DNA from: a virus | Reading direction: 5' to 3' (one strand) | DNA: 64,000 bases | Virus record (IMG/VR): IMGVR_UViG_3300025137_000026 | Location: 1 to 64,000 of that record | Part shown: positions 56,369 to 64,000 of the stretch, piece by piece | Numbering within the stretch: the stretch's first letter is position 1 | Layout: each line of letters starts with the position of its first letter | The notes under the pieces: model-generated | Seen by the model: the letters and a program-made list of their open reading frames with translations, nothing else | Told to the model about the DNA's origin: nothing | Database searches by the model: none | Program-made: the position numbers and the translations under genes

Positions 56369-56557
56369 GCTCAAGGTTTTAGCGGATATTGATTTACAAG
56401 AAAAGAAAAAAAATAGCAAAATGCAAAATAAAATAGCAAACTCTATAATTGAGTGTAATAAAATGATAAAAAGTATTGACATGTTACTTATTTTTACATT
56501 TTTATGTGTGAGCTTCTGCCTAAGTATTGCATCAAAAAAACAAACAAACTATGTAAG
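56369..56557. promoter_or_regulatory. Divergent control region (candidate lysis/lysogeny switch)
   Basis: AT-rich gap between divergent HTH and RHH genes; AAATAGCAAA direct repeats at 56411 and 56431; TATAAT at 56444. Confidence 0.55.
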
Positions 56558-56782
56558 ATGAAAAAAGAATTAGAAAAATCAATCGGAGTTAGAGTTAGCC
56601 CTGAACTCTACTCTAGAATATCAGAACTTTGCGAGAAGTTGGAGGGCATACCAATTAATAATTTCGCGCAAAATTCCATGGAGGTGGCAATTCAATTACT
56701 CACACAACAAGAACCAACGATGCCAAAGTGGATTGCGGTAGGACGCTACGCTTTGGATTTTAAAAAAGGACAAAAACTATAA
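56558..56782 (+). CDS. Ribbon-helix-helix (Arc/Mnt-like) repressor candidate
   Basis: SIGVRVSPELYSRISELCEKL.GIPINNF. Confidence 0.65.
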   Translation: MKKELEKSIGVRVSPELYSRISELCEKLEGIPINNFAQNSMEVAIQLLTQQEPTMPKWIAVGRYALDFKKGQKL

Positions 56783-57097
56783 ATGAAAGAAATTGAAGTA
56801 AAACTACGAGGTGAAACTCGTTATGTTGAATTTGATAAGCCCGTGCTTAGTTTTGATATCCCGACTACGGGGTTTTATCGATCAAGGAATTTTTGGCTTG
56901 GAGTTCTTATTGGAATTTTCATTACAGCTATTTTGATTTTCAAGTTTTTCCCAAATGAGAAAGGAGGAACTTCAGATGTTTACGAGAATCGGATTAATCA
57001 ACTTGAACAAACTAGAAAAATTTATGCCACTAAGCTCAAACAAGAAGGCTGGCATTGGTACAATGGTAAGTGGATAAAAAAACATCCCTCTCCTTAA
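56783..57097 (+). CDS. Single-TM membrane protein (superinfection-exclusion candidate)
   Basis: FWLGVLIGIFITAILIF; follows the repressor candidate. Confidence 0.55.
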   Translation: MKEIEVKLRGETRYVEFDKPVLSFDIPTTGFYRSRNFWLGVLIGIFITAILIFKFFPNEKGGTSDVYENRINQLEQTRKIYATKLKQEGWHWYNGKWIKKHPSP

Positions 57098-57265
57098 CAA
57101 TCCTCTCCCTTGTATATATGCTATTCCTTTAATATATATACTTTACTTTATGCTATGCAGGAGAACCTCCTTAATCCCCCCCTATAGTCCCCCCCTTAAT
57201 GGTTCCAGAATCGGCTGAAATCGTGATCAATAAAGGGTTCTTAAATCTTCCAAAAACCTAATTTC

Positions 57266-57311
57266 CGGTAATGTTACGTAGTGACTACGTAGTGACTACG
57301 TAACATTACCG
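57266..57311. repeat. 46-bp near-perfect palindrome with three 11-bp-phased TACGTA units (candidate origin)
   Basis: cggtaatgttacgtagt-g-actacgtagt-g-actacgtaacattaccg. Confidence 0.85.
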
Positions 57312-57473
57312 TAGTCTGACCGGATTATGAGTTAGGTAAATGTACAAAAACAACGGCTAAAGCAGGCCCCCTTTAGCGAACTTAGGAACTTAGCTCTGGA
57401 GTTGGGGTGCAAGTAGCTGATATGAAGTACTTTACGGAAACTGAGCAAAATTGACATTTGGCAGAGAGCTTGA

Positions 57474-57505
57474 CTTCTATGCTTCTATGCTTCTGTGCTT
57501 CTGTG
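57474..57505. repeat. 8-bp tandem repeat x4 (CTTCTRTG)
   Basis: cttctatg cttctatg cttctgtg cttctgtg. Confidence 0.85.
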
Positions 57506-57588
57506 TTGTTTTTTATAACTTGTGATATAGGTATAGCATATAGTTATAGTCATAGATACAGAATCAGACTCAGATTCATACAAATATC

Positions 57589-58593
57589 TTAAGGGCATAT
57601 TTTAAAAAAGTCGTTCGCTTCTTCCGGCCCAACTCCTGTATTCAAATAATGTTTGTTGAATACCTTTTCATTGCTGTGTCCCATACACCGCATAGCCCAG
57701 CTTTTACCACCATAAAAATATCCGTAAGTTCCAAATGAATGCCTAGCTCCGTCATGAGGGTAAATTATCCCTGAGGCAACTATTGCTTTCTTTCTATTCT
57801 TCGCAAAGACACGATACCGATTAAGCGGGCCAATTTTGCCCAAACAATGTTTTTTATACTTCCCGATCCAATCCCATAGATTCGGTGGAAGGTCAGTTAG
57901 TTTCCGATTCTTTCGTGTTTTGGAAGACTTACCCTCAATGATAATTAAGTTTTTCTCAGGGTAAAATAATTCCCATTTTAATCGATCCAATTCATAAGGT
58001 CTTATTCCTGCAAAAAAGGAAAGTGCAGTTGCTACTTTATAGCGATCCATTGTGTTAGATAAAAGCTCTGCTGTTTCCTCAGGAGTTAGGATTCCGATTA
58101 ATTCTTCGTCCTCAAACTTAGACTCCCATTTTACTTTGTAGAAATGAGTTTGAGTTAAATCCGATTCATGGCACCAGTTAAGAAAACCACCGACCTCTGA
58201 CCGAGTAGTTTTTCGAGTAGTTTCTGTATTTCCTAAAAGAATATATTCCTTAAAAATCTGCCGTGTGACCTTAGATAATCGAGCGTCCTTCATCCACCTG
58301 ACAAAATGATTACATTTAGTTCTTCTGGAGGTTATTGTAATGGGTCTAGCACCTAGGTCAGATAAGTTATCTAAGTGGTTTTTTAAAGCCGTAGATAGCA
58401 ATATAGCGCTAGGCTCAGACTCTTCATGGTAACCCTCTATGAAAGGTTTTTCTAGTTCACGTTTATATTCGTAAGCTATTTCCCTGGACGAAAGATATTT
58501 TCTTTTTCTTTTTTTTCCAATTTTTAGTTCAACACACCAAGCACTTTCACCTAAATCTTTTTTCCTCTGATCAATGTAGACTCTTATTTTCAT
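57589..58593 (-). CDS. int: Phage integrase (tyrosine recombinase #2); likely start MKIRVY
   Basis: AGIRPYE, SKT, HDGARHS, MGHS, HY; adjacent attP. Confidence 0.92.
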   Translation of the reverse strand: MKIRVYIDQRKKDLGESAWCVELKIGKKRKRKYLSSREIAYEYKRELEKPFIEGYHEESEPSAILLSTALKNHLDNLSDLGARPITITSRRTKCNHFVRWMKDARLSKVTRQIFKEYILLGNTETTRKTTRSEVGGFLNWCHESDLTQTHFYKVKWESKFEDEELIGILTPEETAELLSNTMDRYKVATALSFFAGIRPYELDRLKWELFYPEKNLIIIEGKSSKTRKNRKLTDLPPNLWDWIGKYKKHCLGKIGPLNRYRVFAKNRKKAIVASGIIYPHDGARHSFGTYGYFYGGKSWAMRCMGHSNEKVFNKHYLNTGVGPEEANDFFKICP

Positions 58594-58696
58594 GCTTTTC
58601 CCGTGACAAAACCCGTGACAAATTTTACGGAAAACAGCTTCCCGTGACAAAATCGTGACAGATTTTTCGCATAACCATATTACACTAGTCAACATA

Positions 58697-58739
58697 AAAA
58701 AACACCCCAAGCCCTTTGTTTATAGGGGCTTGAGGTGTT
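58697..58739 (-). terminator. Terminator downstream of the tRNA 3' half in attP
   Basis: aacacc.caagccc/gggcttg.ggtgtt stem plus T-run on the minus strand, just after the CCA. Confidence 0.7.
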
Positions 58740-58745
58740 AAAAAG

Positions 58746-58792
<47 letters not shown>

Positions 58793-58854
58793 GTAGTGCT
58801 ATGCCTTATAAATAAAGGCTTTTAGCCTATTCGTGACAATTCGTGACATAGACC

Positions 58855-59100
58855 TTGCATTATCAAATGCACGAGTTTATTATCAAAAATGTGAAGGATG
58901 AAGAAATATTGGACAGGCTTGAGCCGATTATAAAAGAATACTTTTCTAATTTTTTATTAGTGGGTTTCCACGCTGACACTGGGAAAGTGGGATGCATCGG
59001 TGAAATTGGAAAGGTTGGCTCACAGAGTCGAAGGAGGTTGAAGAGAGTTCATTCAGAAATTCAAATGATGATAAATATAGAAAATGAGAAAAATCCGTAA
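58855..59100 (+). CDS. Hypothetical protein
   Basis: 81-aa ORF ahead of the packaging genes. Confidence 0.55.
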   Translation: MHYQMHEFIIKNVKDEEILDRLEPIIKEYFSNFLLVGFHADTGKVGCIGEIGKVGSQSRRRLKRVHSEIQMMINIENEKNP

Positions 59101-59476
59101 AGGCTGGGCAGTATTCGATGAGTTCCCTCCTATTTTTGTAAGGCTACTTGCTAGGGAAAGAATTTTAAATAGTAACGGAAAAACGAGTGTTGTTAGAGTT
59201 TTATCTGACGAAGAAATTGCAATCAACTCAGAGCTAGACATTGACCGAGTTAAGAGTCTTAGCTCGAGGCACAACTGGAATGATGTGGAAGTAGGTGAAG
59301 CTAAGAGTTTCTGTCTAGGGTGCAATTTTGATTTATTTGACTGGCAGGTACGAAACTCAGCCTACGCTTTAGCTTCTAATGGCAGCTTTGCTTATCTTCG
59401 ATCTAGTTCGGATTGGGGCAAAAAGTATAAGCCAATGTTAATGTCTTTTTTCAATGCCCAGACGCAGAAAGTATAG
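59084..59476 (+). CDS. Hypothetical protein
   Basis: 130-aa ORF; FPP.FVRLLAR...LSDEEIA. Confidence 0.65.
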   Translation: MRKIRKGWAVFDEFPPIFVRLLARERILNSNGKTSVVRVLSDEEIAINSELDIDRVKSLSSRHNWNDVEVGEAKSFCLGCNFDLFDWQVRNSAYALASNGSFAYLRSSSDWGKKYKPMLMSFFNAQTQKV

Positions 59477-60125
59477 CACCGATGAGCTGGCTACCCTCAT
59501 GCGTAAGCATGATGGAAACTACGGATCGGCATCTAAGGAATTAGGTATAGGTGAGCATAACCTTCGTGAGAAGGTGAGGCGTGACCCGAAGCTTAAAGCT
59601 TTATGGCAGGTTGCTGGAGAGCAAGGTCATGCTCCAACCGAAGTTGAGTTAATGGCTAGATCGGAACCGCCGGAAGCTCCAAGCCATAAGGATTTTATTG
59701 GAGCTTTAAAGAAAAACGGCAAAGAAGTCTTCATGAACGATATCGAAGGGATGCTTAAAAATCCTGACAATATTGAGAAGCTAAAAGTATTTGAGAACTT
59801 ACAGGGAGGTATAGGACGCTTGATGTCCAATGCCCTAGAGGTAACACAAAAGATTGCGATTCGTCAGAATATGGCTTTGTTCGAGGTAGCAGAGAAATTA
59901 AGGGACGATATCTCTGGCGGTGGATTAGATCCTGAGGAAGAATTATTAAGGACTAAATTATTTCTTCAAACGGCTGAGCAACAAGGCAAGTTTTACGACA
60001 GGTTGCTACATGGGTTGGATTTAATGATTAAGATGTCCGAAAAAGACAAAAAGGAAGATAAGCGTAAGCCTGGGTTCAGACCACTCAAAGAAATGCAAGC
60101 AGATGCCAAGGCTGAAGAAGATTGA
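59454..60125 (+). CDS. Putative terminase small subunit
   Basis: N-terminal HTH (GNYGSASKELGI), helical body, overlaps the terL start. Confidence 0.6.
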   Translation: MPRRRKYSTDELATLMRKHDGNYGSASKELGIGEHNLREKVRRDPKLKALWQVAGEQGHAPTEVELMARSEPPEAPSHKDFIGALKKNGKEVFMNDIEGMLKNPDNIEKLKVFENLQGGIGRLMSNALEVTQKIAIRQNMALFEVAEKLRDDISGGGLDPEEELLRTKLFLQTAEQQGKFYDRLLHGLDLMIKMSEKDKKEDKRKPGFRPLKEMQADAKAEED

Positions 60126-61641
60126 TCCTAAGGCTTTTCTTGGTGCTTTTGACGAAGAAGAAGAAGAGCAAGTAGAGCAGGAACCATGGAGTCCTTCACT
60201 ATCTGGAAGCCAGCAGGAATTATTTGAGAGCAGAGCTAAGTATGTCCTTGCCTATGGAGAAAGAGCATCGGGTAAAACTTTTGTATTAGGTGGTCATAAA
60301 TTGGTTCGTCATGCCTATGAGAATTTCAATGCTCTGTGTTTAATAGTTGTTGGAGTTAAGTCACAAGCAACCCAAGGGGGAGTTTGGCATAAATTGCAGA
60401 CAGAAATATTACCTGAGTGGAAAGAGGGTCTTGGGCTTGAGCATACGGACGAGAAAATGGATTTACAGAAAGCACCATATATTGATGTGCAGAACCGATA
60501 TGGTGGTTGGTCTAGAATAAGTCTTATGTCTGCACCATTTGGGAACATTTTGTCTGATCGAATAAAAGGTTTTGAGCCTAGCTATGTTTTCGTGGATGAG
60601 CTAACAAACCTAGAGTCTCCGGCTTATTTCAATGCCATCGTTCAGCAGTTGGGAAGGCGTCAAGGAATTGAGGGCTGTCAACAATACTGCGCTGCCTGCA
60701 ATCCGAGTGGCCCGTCTCACTGGGTGTACAAAAGATTCTTTGAGTCACCATTAGATGAATACGGTAATTACAATAAAGCCTACCATGTAGTACATGTTAG
60801 GATTGCCGAGAATGTAGATAACTTACCCGAGGGTTACTATGACCGAGTTATGGAAGCGGTTTCTAATGACCCAATTGAAGCAAAACGAATGCTTGAGGGT
60901 GAGTGGGTAGATAGACCATCGGGCGATGCTATATTAGCTCCGTACTTTTCAAAACCTTTACATGTCGTAGGTGATTCTCGAAAGGGAATAGTTCCCAACC
61001 CAAGTTTTCCTGTAATAATTGGATATGACCCTGGGGCAGTAAACAATGCGATGATATTTATGCAGTGCCTGATTGGGAAAGAGAAATCGATTTGGACGGT
61101 ATTTGATGAATTAGTTACTATAAATAAGAAGATTCCTTACACCACAATAATCCCTCTTATATACAGGAAGATGGCATATTGGAATGAACGTGTCGGTCAA
61201 AAGCTAAAATTCGTACACATTTCAGATAACTCAGCTTTCAACCAGTACCGAGCAAAAACAGGATCCTACGATGTTCGAGACTTTGAGGAAATATCAAAGG
61301 AGAAGTGTGACCATTTTGACCTTGAGCCTATTCGTATGAAGGCAGCTCCAAAATTCCAAGGTTCAGTCGAGGGTAGGGTGAGGCTAATGATTGCCAAACT
61401 TGTGCAGGAGGAAATAATATTTTCAGCCCAATGCACTGAGTCTTTAAAAAGTATTCGTCACCTTTCTTCAGAAAAACAAAAAGATGGCAAGTATGACCCT
61501 ACACTAGGCTTAAAACCAAGGCGTTCAGTCTATATTCATGCCTTCGATGCACTGACATATCCAATTATGTATTATGATGTTAAATCAGGAACACCATATG
61601 CTAATGTGAAAACCTCAAGTATAATAGAAATTAATGCTTGA
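60103..61641 (+). CDS. terL: Terminase large subunit
   Basis: GERASGKT, VFVDE, CNPSGPSHW, GEW, IGYDPG, HAFDALTY. Confidence 0.93.
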   Translation: MPRLKKIDPKAFLGAFDEEEEEQVEQEPWSPSLSGSQQELFESRAKYVLAYGERASGKTFVLGGHKLVRHAYENFNALCLIVVGVKSQATQGGVWHKLQTEILPEWKEGLGLEHTDEKMDLQKAPYIDVQNRYGGWSRISLMSAPFGNILSDRIKGFEPSYVFVDELTNLESPAYFNAIVQQLGRRQGIEGCQQYCAACNPSGPSHWVYKRFFESPLDEYGNYNKAYHVVHVRIAENVDNLPEGYYDRVMEAVSNDPIEAKRMLEGEWVDRPSGDAILAPYFSKPLHVVGDSRKGIVPNPSFPVIIGYDPGAVNNAMIFMQCLIGKEKSIWTVFDELVTINKKIPYTTIIPLIYRKMAYWNERVGQKLKFVHISDNSAFNQYRAKTGSYDVRDFEEISKEKCDHFDLEPIRMKAAPKFQGSVEGRVRLMIAKLVQEEIIFSAQCTESLKSIRHLSSEKQKDGKYDPTLGLKPRRSVYIHAFDALTYPIMYYDVKSGTPYANVKTSSIIEINA

Positions 61642-61663
61642 GTAACCTAACCTTTTGGGTTAC
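61642..61663. promoter_or_regulatory. Palindrome GTAACCTAA-N4-TTGGGTTAC
   Basis: 9-4-9 inverted repeat (1 mismatch) right after the terL stop. Confidence 0.7.
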
Positions 61664-61672
61664 AAAAGACAT

Positions 61673-61945
61673 ATGCAGGATTTACTTCAATTAGGACTAG
61701 GGGACGAAGAGGTTGCTGAACTTTTCGAGGGTGTTTCAGCAGGATCAAAAATTAAATTAACGCTGGAAGTTACCGTTTCCGAAATCGATGATGAGAGAGT
61801 CAACTCTACTGTTGATTTAGTACACGATGAAGTTGAAGTACTAGATGATGGTGAAGACCTCGAGGACGAGGATGATTACGAGGAAGAAGAAGATGATGAA
61901 GACGAGGTTGAGGAATACGAGGAAGACGAGGCTGAAGAAGAGTGA
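61673..61945 (+). CDS. Small, highly acidic protein
   Basis: MQDLLQ... with a poly-D/E tail. Confidence 0.65.
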   Translation: MQDLLQLGLGDEEVAELFEGVSAGSKIKLTLEVTVSEIDDERVNSTVDLVHDEVEVLDDGEDLEDEDDYEEEEDDEDEVEEYEEDEAEEE

Positions 61946-62270
61946 TTACTCTCCAGCTTCACTCTTAATATCGACTCACTATAAGCACTGTAGGGTAAAC
62001 GAGATATGGGACAGAAACAGGGTACAACGATTACTTGGGTATCTCCGTATGTCCGAAAAGGAATTGGTGGCGTTACTAAACACTACTATCAGCAGTTTCA
62101 AATCAAGTTATCTCCGAGGAAGCATCACTGGGCCATGTGCGCTTCTTCTGACCGTTCTAGAACAAAACTACATGGGGGACTTTGTAACAGACTCAGTACC
62201 CAATCTATTTAATTTTTATGGTTCATCCGGACATACTTCTCAAAACAAACACGACTCAAGCGCGGCTTAG
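61845..62270 (+). CDS. Hypothetical HTH-like protein (start uncertain, possibly TTG at 61908)
   Basis: RVQRLLGYLRMSEKELVALLN helix pattern. Confidence 0.55.
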   Translation: MMVKTSRTRMITRKKKMMKTRLRNTRKTRLKKSDYSPASLLISTHYKHCRVNEIWDRNRVQRLLGYLRMSEKELVALLNTTISSFKSSYLRGSITGPCALLLTVLEQNYMGDFVTDSVPNLFNFYGSSGHTSQNKHDSSAA

Positions 62271-64000
62271 GGAAGTATTTACCTGCAAAAAGTCAGACTC
62301 CAAGGATTGGAAAATCAGGGAGCGTCTTACTGATTTAGTCCGAAGTCGAGTCCACGAGGGGATTTATCACTCATGCAAAAATCACTCTTTGTACCTCTCT
62401 GTGGACTTGGCTTGGGATAGCCTTCCTATTAATAAGTTTACGATTCCATTGCTACAGTATGCACAAGGTAAAATCAATATTGAGCAATGTGGGCAGAAAC
62501 TTGAGGGTATAGACCCAGACTTAAAAGATAAGTTTGTAGAGTATGACGATGAAGGTGCAGTTAAGGATATTAATCTTATGCGTCTTTATGAGGTTTCGGT
62601 TTCATTAATTCGTTCTTATGTGACTCGAAGAGTCGCTGCTCAGACGTCGAGATTTTCAAACCTATTCCCATACTTTAAGTATGAGGCAAGAGGTACTGAC
62701 ATACCCTCTAGGGTTAGGGCGGAAGTTCTTTCTCAACGAGTTGAAATGATGGCCGAGCAGTTTGGATACAGGCATCAGTTTGAGCAAAGCATTCGTTCGA
62801 TGTTTATGTATGGTTACTCTCTGATGTTTCCATCTGAGCCTTGGACTCGTGAAGTTCACTGGAGAGATTCACCTGATGGAATGGAATCTTATGTTGAGAA
62901 AGAAGGTATACATTTTGTTAGCCCACACCCAACTCGTACATTTTGGGATAACTCAGCACCTTTAGCTGCAGTTAACACTAATCTTGGCCCGACTTGGTTG
63001 GGGTATTGGGACATAGTCAGGTATTCAACGGTTAGAGATAACCCAGGATATTGGAACATGGATGATATAGCATATACCAATTCACTTCATGGTTTAGTTA
63101 ATAGCTACAAAGACTTCTTTGATTATTATTTTGATGGCTCAGTCATGGCTTTCCCAAAGAAAACTGATTGGTTTCCATTTGGTAACGACAGAACATCTAA
63201 TAAGGGTATATATGCAGGTGAGGACGAAGATAAAGCTATGTTCGTCTCTACTATGTACATGAAATTAAACCCGAAGGCTGAAGGGCTAGGGGATTATCCT
63301 TTTGACTGCTGGTTAAAAGTAATTGTGGCATCTGATGAAACAATTATCTATGCCGAGTGGATGCCCTCAATTCCGGCTATTTATGGTGGAATTAACCAAA
63401 ACGATGATCGAATGGCTAACTGCTCGTTCGCTCATGACTTGATGCCTTATCAGGACCAGATGAATAACATCGTCTATGCGATGCTTCATCATATGAAAAT
63501 ATCTATGTTTAAGATTCTGACTATTGATCAGGATGCACTGGATGAAGATGTAAAGGAATACTTACAGGCATCGTTAGCAGAAGATAATTTCTATCAAAAG
63601 CCTAAGGCTATGTTCTACTCAGGAGCTAAAGCTGCAGACTTAGGAATTGATACAAAGAATATAATAAATGTGGTAGATGTATCACAAGAGTTAGCTCAAG
63701 GCATTAGTATGTCTCTTAATTCTTTGTTCCAATTACTTAATTTAGTTGAGAAGCTGATGATTCTTTCTCCACAAGAGTTGGGTCAAGCTGCACAAAGAGA
63801 AATATCTGCAACGGAGGTTAGTGAAATAGCTAACACGACTAACACGATTTACGCATTTATATCAGAAGGTATTGATGAGATGCGCGCTGCAGCCAAGAAG
63901 ATGATTTACGAGCATCTAGTATGCTGTAGCACCACAGAGTTTAATGTACCTGTAAAGCAAAGGTTCTCACTGAAAACAATTACCGATGCAGGGCTTGAGA
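62218..64000 (+). CDS. Probable portal protein, 3'-truncated (absent from ORF track)
   Basis: Open frame MVHPDILLKTNTTQARLREVF... to the window end; follows terL; ISATEV motif like the podoviral portal TATEV. Confidence 0.7.
   Translation, partial: MVHPDILLKTNTTQARLREVFTCKKSDSKDWKIRERLTDLVRSRVHEGIYHSCKNHSLYLSVDLAWDSLPINKFTIPLLQYAQGKINIEQCGQKLEGIDPDLKDKFVEYDDEGAVKDINLMRLYEVSVSLIRSYVTRRVAAQTSRFSNLFPYFKYEARGTDIPSRVRAEVLSQRVEMMAEQFGYRHQFEQSIRSMFMYGYSLMFPSEPWTREVHWRDSPDGMESYVEKEGIHFVSPHPTRTFWDNSAPLAAVNTNLGPTWLGYWDIVRYSTVRDNPGYWNMDDIAYTNSLHGLVNSYKDFFDYYFDGSVMAFPKKTDWFPFGNDRTSNKGIYAGEDEDKAMFVSTMYMKLNPKAEGLGDYPFDCWLKVIVASDETIIYAEWMPSIPAIYGGINQNDDRMANCSFAHDLMPYQDQMNNIVYAMLHHMKISMFKILTIDQDALDEDVKEYLQASLAEDNFYQKPKAMFYSGAKAADLGIDTKNIINVVDVSQELAQGISMSLNSLFQLLNLVEKLMILSPQELGQAAQREISATEVSEIANTTNTIYAFISEGIDEMRAAAKKMIYEHLVCCSTTEFNVPVKQRFSLKTITDAGLE

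Noticed and set aside
58594-58710. N-terminal 39 aa of the 373-aa integrase call
   Set aside because: Runs through arm-site repeats and the terminator; ATG at 58593 is the more plausible start

Overview
The whole window is one temperate tailed-phage genome (Caudoviricetes, podovirus-like, probably marine). The attP site is intact, so this is the free or excised form. It is circularly permuted, and the major capsid and lysis genes are not recognisable in the window. Layout: (1) 1-27.8 kb, + strand: tail/fibre genes, four internal-virion (ejection-type) proteins ending in a 3682-aa polyvalent protein, then a run of tiny Lys/Arg-rich proteins. (2) 27.8-46.0 kb, - strand: a tyrosine recombinase, an SNF2 helicase, a C5 DNA methyltransferase encoded in two fully overlapping frames with 7 tandem WxTP modules, about 30 small early genes (including a GP88-like protein and a peptide deformylase), and a ~1.25-kb hairpin-dense non-coding block ending in a terminator (candidate large structured RNA). 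(3) 46.2-49.4 kb, + strand: mixed genes. (4) 49.4-56.4 kb, - strand: replication/recombination (Sak/Rad52, Cas4-like nuclease, RusA, initiator, DnaB, SSB, dNMP kinase). (5) 56.4-58.9 kb: RHH-type switch, candidate origin, integrase and a tRNA-Phe attP. (6) 59-64 kb: terminase and portal. The strongest leads are the candidate large ncRNA, the dual-frame modular methyltransferase, a tandem array of bacterial N-glycosylation sequons in a virion protein, and a genome-wide GTAACCYAA regulatory motif. A Verrucomicrobiota (Opitutales-like) host is a weak inference only. All family assignments come from motif recognition by eye; no database searches were run.
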